Positions 41,320 to 55,429 of a DNA stretch of 64,000 bases are shown piece by piece. The stretch is from Octopus vulgaris (lineage: Eukaryota), in the NCBI GenBank assembly GCA_951406725.2, contig OX597825.1:69130001-69194000 (forward strand). Direction: 5' to 3'. The notes under the pieces are model-generated. The model made no database searches. It had not been told where the DNA came from and saw only the letters and a program-made list of their open reading frames with translations. Both the position numbers and the translations under genes were made by a program. Each line of letters opens with the position of its first letter. Within the stretch, counting starts at the first letter, position 1.

Positions 41320-42450
41320 GATTATTTTTAGAAGGAAGAATACTTAACTGATCTTGGTGCTAACTTTCTTGAAATAAATTGAATTTATGTACTCAGAATG
41401 TTCTTTCATTTCTCCCTGTTGTTACATTTCTCCTTGCTCTACTTTATCAGCTTGGGATATGTAATGGCTTCCTTAAGAACACTAGATGTCAAAGCATTCT
41501 TGTTCTCGCATGGTTGCCAAATAAGACTTCGCTATAATATGTCCAAGATTTTCTGACGTGTTTTAATATGTATATTTCTCACACATATTGTAAGCAAAAC
41601 TTATGATTTATATATTGTATTAAATCTGTTATATTTATATATGTTAAATTATTTCATATATTAAAAGTTAAATATCAAAGATATTAATCATTTTGGGATG
41701 GATGCATTGTGTAAATTTAAATTTAGATTAAATTGAAGAATTTGGCTACGTCTTTCCAACATTTATCGGATTAAGGACAGTTGATTATTTGAGCTTATTG
41801 TACTACTCTTAAGATATACACACCAAGTAAATTTGCGATTTCTCTTCAATGTCTGATCCATATAGCATTATAAAATTAAAGAATGCATTAACTACTTGTA
41901 TATCATCATTTATGAAAGTTACATAGTTTTGGAAAATCGATGGCTTTTAAAATAGAAGTTTTGTTATGGATGCCTAATAAGCAATTTTAAAAATTTGATC
42001 AACAAGCTTTTCGCTAATTATAAATGTTTCTAATCCAAATTGTGTCAATGATGCAAAGTGTTAATGTAGAAAATTCCTACATGATCTTGATAATTTTGTT
42101 GAAGATGTTTTGTATATTATGGATGAATTTCTTCATAATTATTAATAATGCCGTTTGTTGGTAGATTGTTATCAGTGAATTAATTCATTTCCTGTACTAT
42201 TTTGTGTTATTTGTTTTCAGAAATATGCTGGAAGGTGCAGTTTAATTCTTCGAAATTAGTATTCTTCACCTTATTCAAAATATTCCTTTCGAAAGGCTCA
42301 AGTATTTTATGACTAGTGGACATTTTCTGGCATTGAAATAGAATTTAGTTTCTTTCTATTCCGTTTTTTTTTTCGTGCTCTTTATCGAGAAAGTTTGCCT
42401 TTGAGCAGGTTTTCTTAACTAAGTCTTGTCTGTGTTGATTAGCCATTGTT
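41320..42450 (-). pseudogene. Ancient degraded Penelope-like RT relic
   Basis: Minus-strand remnants resembling KANF.DK, LEPFER..LN.VKN..F, PSITK.LLLKAIDF and the MGSYDGAEICELVGLYIL region; heavily disrupted. Confidence 0.45.
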
Positions 42451-43084
42451 AAAATGTATTTGTGCTATACAATGGCAATGTCTTCGGTAAAAAAATATAT
42501 TAAAGGAGTGTGCATTGATAACCTGTTATGCATAAAATGTAAAGACAGTTCAAGTGATAATATGAGAAATAAAATATCTAGCTATTAATAAAAAAATATA
42601 ATATGCCACACTCTTCTTTGAATTTGTATACATATATACTATCAATTGGGAATTAATTTGTACTGCAAAACCCAACAGACCTGGAACTAAAAAATGTGAC
42701 TTATTTATAGAAGAATTTTACCAAAGTTTTATGTCTAAGGGTAATGTAATAACTTTTAGACGGGAGCAAGCTTTCAGATACTTCCGCATGAGGAAATTCA
42801 CATTTGCCCAGTATAAATGAATAATAAATATTCAAACAACAGTGTTTTGAAATAAAGAACTATATGTGATTATCCAATCAAAACTTGAATTAAAGATAGT
42901 TCGCATCTAACAGCGAACAACTCTACATCAAACAACACAGAGAAGATAAACGAAAATTTCAAAGCAGTTAAATCGAAGGATATTAAGTAAAATCTCTGAA
43001 GAAACTGCATCGGTATTATAGTAGAGTTGCAGTTGCAATGGTTATTAATCGGTGCGGTTGAAACAAGTGTAGGTCTATGTAAAG

Positions 43085-43131
<47 letters not shown>

Positions 43132-43479
43132 AACGAATTAAAGGTAATGTTATGCCACTACGTAATAAATCTTATTATTATTACTGTTGACTCCAGGACA
43201 ACGATATGGTTGAGGGAATATATGCAAAATTATCCAACGGAATATATCACTAAATTCTTATTTTATATGAGAATATTATTGGAGTGCCTATTTTAAATAC
43301 CTAACCGAGAACAAACTGGTAAACGTTTGGAGTAATTCTTTACTATTTACGCACAGACACACACACATACACACACAAACACACACACACACACACGCAA
43401 ACACACACACACACGTGGAAAGAAAAGCCTACGGAAAAGACCACGGTAACCTCGGTCAACGAAGTCACATGTTATATTT

Positions 43480-43800
43480 CTTTTTTTTTTTGCAAATAAG
43501 CAACTCTCTGTATTAATTTTTACGGTTCATAGAATCATAGTCAAGGTGGCTTCGTCATTCATACGTGCCTACCTTGCTACATTCACCCATCTTTTTTTAA
43601 AACATTCACTAGACAAAACTTGCCTCTCTACTCTCACTTTCCCCATCACTTGAAGGGGAAAGTGAGAGTAGAGAGGCAAGTTTTGTCTAGTGAATGTTTT
43701 AAAAAGATGGGTGAATGTAGCAAGGATGGCACGTATGAATGACGAAGCCACCTTGACTATGATTCTACAGAGAGTTGCTTATTTGCAAAAAAAAAAAAAG
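43480..43800. repeat. Palindrome with ~150-bp arms and 10-nt loop
   Basis: 43480-43644 / 43655-43800; right arm lacks a 19-nt block and ends at (AGAT)n. Confidence 0.95.
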
Positions 43801-43947
43801 AGATAGATAGATAGATAACTAGATAGATAGATAGATAAATAGATAGATAGATATTTGTGTTGGATACCTGTTGCTTACGAAACGGAAGAGACGCTGAAAT
43901 CAGGTGACGCAACATTTCCGAAACCGGTGCTTGATGCTTCTCGTCTG

Positions 43948-43997
<50 letters not shown>

Positions 43998-44506
43998 AAT
44001 ATATGCATACATATATATATACATACATATGTGTGTATGTATGGTATGCATTCATACATGCACACACATAGACACCCTCAAGCACACGTACACACACACA
44101 CTTATAGACACACACTAGCTGAGTATCCCATCGTTGACAGTCAATTTTTTCAGTAGAATGCTTTTATTTATTTATTCATTTATTGTTTTATGTCAGACTA
44201 TGGAAATATTTCTACATTATTTGGGGCAATTTACAACGTATCGATAAACTAAATTTGCGTCCATTTATTTGATGCATAGATGTAGATAAAGACCTTTCTT
44301 AGCTTGCTGCTGGTGCTTAGGGAGGGTCTTTCAACTCTGTTGCCCTAATGAAATTTTTTACACTCGCACATACACACACACACACAGTCACACACGCATA
44401 CACACACAGTGTGAGCGATATTCACAGTAAGAGTGTAGCAAATATTTATCGAGTAAGTGAAAGTTTATAATGCGAAAAGCGTAAAAAAAATTAGATAGAC
44501 AAACAG

Positions 44507-44579
<73 letters not shown>

Positions 44580-44698
44580 AGAGGTCACGTTTAGCTTATG
44601 TATATAAATATATATATATATATATACATGCATACATAAACACACAAACACTTTTTCTCGTCCTCTTTTTACCTTTCATTCATTCAATATGAGACTGC

Positions 44699-44871
44699 GT
44701 GTGTATCGTTGGCGATTTTTTCTTCTCCGCCTTCCCTCCCTTTTTTTCTATGTTTGTGACGAAGAGCTCCGCTCGAAACGTTAAATCCTCCAAATTTATT
44801 TCCTTTCCTGAGCGTCCAATAACACTATACTTGTTCCACGTCCTTGTGTTGTTGCGTTTTCATGTTTGGAT

Positions 44872-44876
<5 letters not shown>
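44699..44876 (+). mobile_element. PLE pLTR fragment (hammerhead family), duplicated at 46607-46770
   Basis: Second copy has an intact motif gttt-CTGACGA-a-gagc tcc gctc-GAA-ACGT-T-aaat at 46646-46680; family also at 55160-55335 (-) and 62795-63000 (-). Confidence 0.75.
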
Positions 44877-44942
<66 letters not shown>

Positions 44943-44947
<5 letters not shown>

Positions 44948-45457
44948 TCCCGGGTTGATTCGGGGTTAACCACAGTAAGTAAGGTACTCAATACATAGCA
45001 GAGTAAAATTAATTTATATATAGAAGGAGCTTCTACAGGATAGTACTGTTTCATTCAAGAGAAATCTTCAGGAATATTTAACAAGAATTGTATTAGCATT
45101 TATACATTTAGGAGTGGTGGTGGGGGACTTTTTGGGGGTAGGCATAGCGCAAAATATCATACTTGGGGGAGTGGTCAAGGTAATAAAAAATAAAAAAATA
45201 AAAAATAAAAAAATAAAAAGATAAAATAAAAGAATAAAAATAAAAAATATAAAAAATATAAAAAATATAAAAAATATAAAAAATATAAAAAATATATATA
45301 AAAATATATAAAAAAATATATATATAAAAATATATATAAAAAATATATATATAAAAAAAGGGGGGATAGAGTTATAGGTAAATAAGGAGATTCTCACTTA
45401 TACCTATACACACATGTATACGTATCTACACACACATACGCACATACACATATATCT

Positions 45458-45518
<61 letters not shown>

Positions 45519-46014
45519 CATACCTACACATACACACATACATACATACAAATATACATATACATATATATATATACAATCCAATACAGGCCCATTCCCT
45601 AATTTTAATTTTATTATCTTCATTTATTACTTTTGTTATCTTTGATCGCTAAGGCTAAGAATCCTGGCAATAGCTGCTTGTCCATTTGTCTGTCTACTAG
45701 AAGGCAAGTACTCATTCCCGCACGCACACTCATTAGCACGTACATTCACCCATTCGTACACTCATACACATGTGTATGAGTGTACGAATGGGTGAATGTA
45801 CGTGCTAATGAGTGTGCGTGCGGGAATGAGTACTTGCCTTCTAGTAGACAGACAAATGGACAAGCAGCTATTGCCAGGATTCTTAGCCTTAGCGATCAAA
45901 GATAACAAAAGTAATAAATGAAGATAATAAAATTAAAATTAGGAATGGGCCTGTATTGGATTGTATATATATATATGTATATGTATATTTGTATGTATGT
46001 ATGTGTGTATGTGT

Positions 46015-46076
<62 letters not shown>

Positions 46077-46484
46077 AGATATATGTGTATGTGTATGTGT
46101 GTGTAGATACGTATACATGTGTGTATAGGTATAAGTGAGAATCTCCTTATTTACCTATAACTCTATCCCCCCTTTTTATATATATATTTTTTATATATAT
46201 ATTTTATATATATATTTTTATATATTTTTTTATATATTTTTTATATTTTTTATATTTTTTATATTTTATATTTTTATTTTTATTCTTTTATTTTATCTTT
46301 TTATTATTTTTATTTTTATTTTTTTATTTTTATTACCTTGACCTCCCGTATGATATTTTGCGCTATGCCTACCCCCAAAAAGTCCCCACCACCACTCCTC
46401 TAAATGTATAAATGCTAATACAATTCTTGTTAAATTCCTGAAGATTTTGAATGTAAGTCCTGTAAACTCCTTCTATATAATAAA

Positions 46485-46486
<2 letters not shown>
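44943..46486. mobile_element. 1.5-kb spacerless palindromic PLE-like insertion in (TA)n
   Basis: Centre ctcatacaca|tgtgtatgag at 45770/45771; arms ~700-750 bp; minus-strand hammerhead ttc-CTGAAGA-tttc tctt gaat-GAA-ACAG..CTGT-A-gaa at 45031-45074. Confidence 0.75.
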
Positions 46487-46526
<40 letters not shown>

Positions 46527-46765
46527 GAGTTTTCTGAATGCTTTTCTACTGAAGGCACAAGTCCCGAATTTTTTTGGGGAGGGAGCCAGTCGATTAGATC
46601 GACCCCGATTTTTTCTTCTCCGCCTTCCCTCCCTTTTTTTTCTATGTTTCTGACGAAGAGCTCCGCTCGAAACGTTAAATCCTCCAAATTTATTTCCTTT
46701 CCTGAGCGTCCAATAACACTATACTTGTTCCACGTCCTTGTGTTGTTGCGTTTTCATGTTTGGAT

Positions 46766-46812
<47 letters not shown>

Positions 46813-46817
<5 letters not shown>

Positions 46818-47215
46818 GAGTTTTCTGAATGCTTTTCTACTGAAGGCACAAGTCCCGAATTTTTTTGGGGAGGGAGCCAGTCGATTAGATCGACCCCGAA
46901 AGCTTGAATGTCAAAGTCGACCTCGACGGAATTTGAACTCAGAGCATAAAAAGACAGACGAAATCCACCTAACCATTTTACCTGGCGTGCTAACGTTTCT
47001 TATCGCTTTATTGCCCACAAGGGGCTAAACACAGAGTGGACAAACAAGGACGGACAAAGGGATTAAGTCGATTACATGGACCCCAGTGCGTAACTGGTAC
47101 TTAATGTATCGACCCCGAAAGAATGAAAGGCAAAGTCGACCTCGGAGGAATTTGAACTCAGAACGTGACGGCAGACGAACCCGGCGTGCTAAGGTTTCTG
47201 CCAGCTTGCCGCCAG
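46813..47215 (-). mobile_element. SINE family B dimer
   Basis: Two units with different tails on the minus strand. Confidence 0.8.
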
Positions 47216-47454
47216 GTGATGAATTAAAAAAATATAGCGGTTTGATCACTCTGCTTCTCGCATGCTTGTTCACGTGACACCTAATTTTTCTATATATGCT
47301 AATTTTTAAAGAGCCACTAATCCAATGACGATGCATTTGTTCGAATTGTTGTATACAGTAACAAACAGGAAAGGAAATCCTTCAAAGGTGCGTGTTAAAC
47401 TTCCAATTCACTAGGTTTCTTTAAGTTTCCGTCTACCAAATCCACTCACAACGC

Positions 47455-47524
47455 TTTAGTCGGCCCGAGGATATAGTAGAAGACACTTCCCCAAGGTGTC
47501 GGAAACTGAAAGAAGCCCGTCGTA

Positions 47525-47591
<67 letters not shown>

Positions 47592-47818
47592 GTATGTGTG
47601 TGTATATGTTTGCGTGTCTGTGTTTGTCCCCCTTCCCCAACATCGCTTGACAACCGATGATGGAGTGTTTACGTCCCCGTAACTTAGCAGTTCGGCAAAA
47701 CTGACCGATAGAATAAGTACTAAGGCTTACAAAGAATAAGTCCTGGGGTCGATTTGCTCGACTAAAAGGCGGTGCTCCAGCATGGCCACAGTCAAATGAC
47801 TGAAACAAGTAAAAGAGT
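47455..47818 (+). mobile_element. SINE family A, rearranged 5' end
   Basis: A minus-strand head fragment (47415-47498) is joined to a plus-strand body and tail. Confidence 0.7.
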
Positions 47819-48401
47819 ATGTGCGTATGTATGTGTGTGTGTGTGTGTGTGTGTGTTTGTGTATGTATGTATACGTATATGTGTGTATTTGTGTATGCAA
47901 TGATAAAAGATTTGACTGTTGTCATTCATAACCATCCTCATGCAAGTCGTTATTCAATAATTACAATTGCCGTTATTGATTTTTGTCGCTGTTGTCGATG
48001 ATGATGATGATGATGATGATGATAAAATCCCCCACCAGTCCACCAACTTTAATCACTACCCCCCACCCATTCCCTTACATACCGCTGTCCACTATCATTT
48101 TCTAATATTGTCTTCTATCATGATGGTTATTTCCATTTTCACTTTCATTTTCAATTTTACGGGGAGCGTTATCGGCCGCTTTTAACAACTGTTCTAACCA
48201 CCTTCAGAACGCCTCTATAGGTTATGCACTGTTATTAGTAGTAATAGTAATGATGGTGGTGGTGGTGGAGGTGGTTAATAGAAATTTTTGACTTCTTTGC
48301 TGTTAGTGCTTTGGATTTTAGCAAAACTCGTGCATAATGGTATACATGCTGCATAACAGCATTATATCTTACCGTTGTTATTCTTGATTTACTGACATCA
48401 C

Positions 48402-48435
<34 letters not shown>

Positions 48436-48502
48436 CATTATTAATAGAAATATTAAAATTACTAAGTCTCTCTAAAAGAGAACAACGGCAGCGTTTCCGG
48501 AA

Positions 48503-48679
48503 AATAATAGTTATCGCCATACTAATATGGCATTCTTATAAAAATAAGAATAAAGCTGTCCGCTTTATTTTGTGTATCAAATAGCTAACTTAAGGCGATG
48601 GCCTCATGGAGCTAATAAGCGGACAGCTTTATTCTTATTTTTATAAGAATGCCATATTAGTATGGCGATAACTATTATT
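48503..48679. repeat. Perfect 63-bp inverted repeat between (ATT)n tracts
   Basis: 48503-48565 equals the reverse complement of 48617-48679; 51-nt spacer. Confidence 0.95.
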
Positions 48680-48718
48680 ATCATTATTATTATTCTTTTA
48701 TTATTATTATTATCATAC

Positions 48719-48775
<57 letters not shown>

Positions 48776-48831
48776 CATTATTATTATTATTATTATTATT
48801 ATCATTATTATTATTATCATTATTTTTATTA

Positions 48832-48865
<34 letters not shown>

Positions 48866-48866
48866 C

Positions 48867-48897
<31 letters not shown>

Positions 48898-48941
48898 CTA
48901 TCATCATCATCATCATCATCATCATTATTATTATTATTATT

Positions 48942-49817
<876 letters not shown>

Positions 49818-49818
49818 C

Positions 49819-49897
<79 letters not shown>

Positions 49898-50039
49898 ATT
49901 ATCATTATTATTATTATAATTATCATTATTATTATTATTATTTTTATCAGTAGTAGTTCTTGGGGTTAATGTTGAAAATTTTTATTGCTGTTACTTTTGT
50001 TGTCCCGCACGTTGTGTTGTGTTGTTGTTTGTTCCTGTA

Positions 50040-50593
50040 GTAGTAGCAGCAGTAGTAGTAGTAGTAGTAGTTAGTAGTAGTAGTAGTAGTGGTATCAAAT
50101 TTTGCTGTTACTGAAAATATCTGTTGCTGTCCTTGTCTGTGCTGTTGTTGTTGTTATTATTGTTGATGTAACAACTCTTGAGTTAGCTGCCATTGTTGCT
50201 GATGAGGCTGCTGCTGCTGCTGAGCCTATTGTTGACGTAGGTATTGCTGCTTCTATCACTGCTGCTGAATTTGTTATTGCTGCTGTCACCAGACTGGCGT
50301 CTTCTTCCTGTTCCTGATGTTGCTGTCTGTCAAGCATGCTGTTTATATAGATATTGCTGCTGATGATGGTGATGTCGCCAATGTTGCTGCTGTCGATATT
50401 CGTGTAGTTGACGCTGCTGTTGCTGCTGCTGTTGAGGTCGTTGCTTCTTCGGTTCTTTTTTTATATTTTTTAGTTTTGTTACTATTGTTTTTCCTTTATA
50501 CGCTTCTTGCTTTTACTGCTGCCACAACTACTACTGCAGCCATTACTATCATTGTTACTACTTCAGCAGCAGCAGCAACAACAACAACACCTG

Positions 50594-50650
<57 letters not shown>

Positions 50651-50773
50651 TTACTACTACTACTATTGCTGCTGCTGGTTCTGCTACTACTACTGTTACT
50701 ACTACTACTAATACTACTACCACTGCTACCACCTCCACCACCACCACCACTATCACCACCGCTGCTGCTGCTT

Positions 50774-50811
<38 letters not shown>

Positions 50812-50848
50812 GCTACTGCTACTACTAGTACTATTACTACTTCTGCTG

Positions 50849-50883
<35 letters not shown>

Positions 50884-51043
50884 GCAACTACTACTGCTGC
50901 TGCTGCTACTATTACTACTACTACTACTACTATTGCTGCTGCTGCTGGTTCTGCTACAACTACTGTTACTACTACTGTTACTACTACTGCTAATGCTACC
51001 ACCTCCACCACCACCACCACTATCACCACCGCTGCTGCTACTA

Positions 51044-51075
<32 letters not shown>

Positions 51076-51109
51076 ACAACAACAACAACAACAACAACAA
51101 CTACTACTA

Positions 51110-51153
<44 letters not shown>

Positions 51154-51159
51154 ACTACA

Positions 51160-51218
<59 letters not shown>

Positions 51219-51240
51219 AGCTGCTGCCACTGCTGCAACC
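50040..51240. repeat. Compound (CTA)/(CTG)/(CCA)/(CAA) triplet repeat
   Basis: Direct inspection; includes an internal block duplication. Confidence 0.9.
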
Positions 51241-51739
51241 ATCCACTTCAAACCCCAGCGAGATGTTAAAATTCCATCGATCTCTGACATTCATTAGTTT
51301 GAGAACAGAACAGAGGGAAAAAAAATGAAGGAACTGCTATGCAACGCTGGCTGACGCCTAGCGTCTCATAGCGTCACCTAGCCTCACCTAGCGTCACCTA
51401 GCGTCCACTGATGTTGAAGTTGTCAGCTTCAGTTGGTATCAATCACGAAAACACGACACACAGACATATAAAATACAGGTCGAACTTTTTGCGTGCAAGT
51501 GACTTAGGTACAAAAACGCATTATTCTTACACGTATATACACCAATACATACATATACGTATAAATATTCACACACACACATATATACACAAGCACACAC
51601 ACAGACAAATACAGATACATTTACACACATGAACTCATAAACACATGCAAATACTCAAAGATGTGGAGTACACGTAAAATTGAGGTGAACTTATCCGCTC
51701 ACACACACACGCGCACATAGACACAAACGCCTATCTATC

Positions 51740-51834
<95 letters not shown>

Positions 51835-52009
51835 ATATGTATATGTGTGTGTGTGTGTGTGTGCGTGCGCGCACGTGTGTGTGTATACAACCACGCGTAA
51901 AGAGGCAACCATGTAGAAAAGTGAATTCACGGCGATGCATATACATATATCATATATACATGTACATATGTGTATGTGTGTGTATATATATATTATGTAG
52001 ATACATAAT

Positions 52010-52420
52010 AGGCGCAGGAGTGGCTGTGTGGTAAGTAGCTTGTTTACCAACCACATGGTTCCGGGTTCAGTCCCACTGCGTGGCACCTTGGGCAAGTGTC
52101 TTCTACTATAGCCTCGGGCCGACCAAAGACTTGTGAGTGGATTTGGTAGACGGAAACTGAAAGAAGCCCGTCGTATATATGTATATATATGTATGTGCGT
52201 GTGTGTTTGTGTGTCTGTGTTAGTCCCCCTAGCATTGCTTGACAACCGATGCTGGTGTGTTTATGTCCCCGTTACTTAGCGGTTCGGCAAAAGTGACCGA
52301 TAGAATAAGTACTGGGCCTTATAAAGAATAAGTCCCGGGGTCGAGTTGCTCGATTAAAGGCGGTGCTCCAGCATGGCCGTAGTCAAAATGACTGAAACAA
52401 GTAAAAAGAAAGAAAGAAAG
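52010..52420 (+). mobile_element. Full-length SINE family A
   Basis: ggcgcaggagtggctgtgtggtaag head to gactgaaacaagtaaaaaga tail. Confidence 0.92.
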
Positions 52421-52519
52421 AAAAAAATATGTATACATAAATAAATAAATACACACACACATACACAGAGACATGTGGTCAGTCACGCATAAGAGGGAAG
52501 ACATCACGTCCGGTATAAG

Positions 52520-53117
52520 GTGGCGAGCTGGCAGAAACGTTAGCACGCCGGGCGAAATGCTTAGCGGTATTTCGTCTGCCGTTACGTTCTGAGTTCAAAT
52601 TCCGCCGAGGTCGACTTTGCCTTTCATCCTTTCGGGATCGATAGATTAAGTACCAGTTACGCACTGGGGTCGATCTAATCGACTCAATCCATTTGTCTGT
52701 CCTTGTTTGTCCCCTCTGTGTTTAGCCTCTTGTGGGTAGTAAAGAAATAGGTATTTCATCTGCCGCTACGTTCTGAGTTCAAATTCCGCCGAGGTCGACT
52801 TTGCCTTTCATCCTTTCGGGGTCGATAAATTAAGTACCAGTTACGCACTGGGGTCGATCTAATCGACTCAATCCATTTGTCTGTCCTTGTTTGTCCCCTC
52901 TGTGTTTAGCCCCTTGTGGGTAGTAAAGAAATAGGTATTTCATCTGCCGTTACGTTCTGAGTTCAAATTCCGCCGAGGTCGACTTTGCCTTTTATCCTTT
53001 CGGGGTCGATAAATAAAGTACCATTTACGCACTGGAGTCGATATAATCGACTTAATCCGTTTGTCTCTCCTTGTTTGTCCCCTCCGTGTTTAGCCCCTTG
53101 TGGGTAGTAACGAAATA
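52520..53117 (+). mobile_element. SINE family B trimer
   Basis: One head plus three units; TSD ggtataag on both sides. Confidence 0.9.
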
Positions 53118-53353
53118 GGTATAAGCACAGGAACACGAGCACATGCACAAACTGAGAGAGGGACGGAGAGACAAAGAGAGGGAGAGAGGGAGAGAGAAAG
53201 AAAAAGAGAAACTCGCACACACACACCGGCGCATATACGTACTACATGCAAACAGATATTATAATACAATGTCTTCCACTTTCACTTTCACTGCGTGTGC
53301 ATCCGATGTCCATATATAAATAAATAAATAAATAAATACTAACACATGCGCAT

Positions 53354-53402
<49 letters not shown>

Positions 53403-53686
53403 CACAAATCCACATGTAGTTTACACATACAGATTACCGTTTGTATGGGAACATGCAAAGAAAATATCAGCATACATGCACGCATAGCTATCTGTATGTC
53501 TGTCTATCTATCTATCTATTTTAAAAAAAAAATTTTTATCCCCCCCATTTTTTTGCTTTCCTCTTTCTTTCCTTTTACGATCCCTTTTGATCGAAAACCA
53601 AACCCCCTTTTTTATCCCCAAAAGAAAAGCTCTACCTTGTAATTTGTCCCGTCTGTGTGCAGCCCTGTGTGGTTAATAAAGAAACA

Positions 53687-53751
<65 letters not shown>

Positions 53752-53752
53752 G

Positions 53753-53783
<31 letters not shown>

Positions 53784-53816
53784 GTCTGTCTGTCTGTCTG
53801 TCCGTCTGTCTGTCTT

Positions 53817-53855
<39 letters not shown>

Positions 53856-53856
53856 C

Positions 53857-53899
<43 letters not shown>

Positions 53900-54660
53900 G
53901 TCTATATATCTATCTATCTATCTATCTATCTATCTGTCTCTCTGTATCTCTCTCTCTCTCTCTCTCTGTATATATATCTCTCTCTCTATCTATCTATTTA
54001 TCTCTATCTATATATCTACCTACCTAACTATCTCGAACGTATATGTATCTACCATGCATACCAACATGTATAAGTATGCAGGGTATGTGTAATGAATATA
54101 CACACACACATACATACATATATACACACATCCTGCATAACTACAAACATATATATATATGGTTAACGCACAGTAATAATGGACACAACACGGAAACACA
54201 CACGCCTATTTATAAACACACACGCACACACATATTACTAAATGTACACGTAATATTTTCTATAACTATTGATTTCCAACATAGTAACAAGGTTTTATAT
54301 GTCGAGAGAGGGTATCATCGATTATATCGATTTTAACATTCGATTGAGGCTTATGTCATCCGAAACCTTGAATAAATACAGGAAAAGTTGACCTCAGCCG
54401 AAATTGAAACCAGATCTTCTTTGTTATTTGTATAAATATATTACCCATCCATAAAATAGATTCTACAAATTTGCATACAAAATAGGTACAGGTTTTCGCC
54501 GCGTGGTTACCCGTTAATTGCCAACCATCAAACGTAGTCCGATAAACACGAGCGGCTGTGTGGTAGAGAGTTTGCTCTCAGTTTCCCATCGTGACATGAT
54601 GGCCAAGTGACTTCTACTATAGATTTCGGGCCAGTCAAAGTCACGTGAGTGAAACCCGTC

Positions 54661-54722
<62 letters not shown>

Positions 54723-55098
54723 AGAGAGAGAGAGAAAGAGAGAAAGAGAGAGTGAGAGAGAGAGAGAGGGGGAGAGTGTAGGCTCGAAACGTAAAAGACT
54801 TTCTCACGTTCCTGAGCGTCAAACTAATACACTTGCTTGTTGTTTATACACCTGTTTTCGTCTTTTGTTTTTCTGTAAATTTCAACTATATATATATCTA
54901 GTTATATAACGAATGGGAACGTGAAACATTGAGTAACAGCTTTTGTTATAATTTCTGCTGCTTTTAAATATATATATATATCTAACAATTGCAGCGTGGA
55001 AGGTGTTTATAAGCAATTTAAGAAACACACAAAAACCTTCCACGCTGCAATTGTTTTCATTCCAGCACACGATCTCAGATGAGGTCACTTGCTATGCA

Positions 55099-55162
<64 letters not shown>

Positions 55163-55336
55163 GTTAATCCAAACAAGAAAGCACAAAAAACACCACAACG
55201 CGAGGACGTGGAACAAATATAGTATTATTGGACGCTCAGGAAAGGAGGAGGGTTTAACGTTTCGAGCGGAGCTCTTCATCGGAAACATAGGAGAAGGAAA
55301 GATCCAGAGAAGAGAAGACAGAGGAAAAAAATATCC

Positions 55337-55373
<37 letters not shown>

Positions 55374-55389
55374 TATATATATACATATA

Positions 55390-55422
<33 letters not shown>

Positions 55423-55429
55423 ATATAAT

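Noticed and set aside
50317-51328. 326-aa Thr/Ala-rich mucin-like ORF and overlapping poly-L/V/S ORFs
   Set aside because: Open in four frames on both strands because of stop-poor triplet repeats; non-ATG start; no domain recognised
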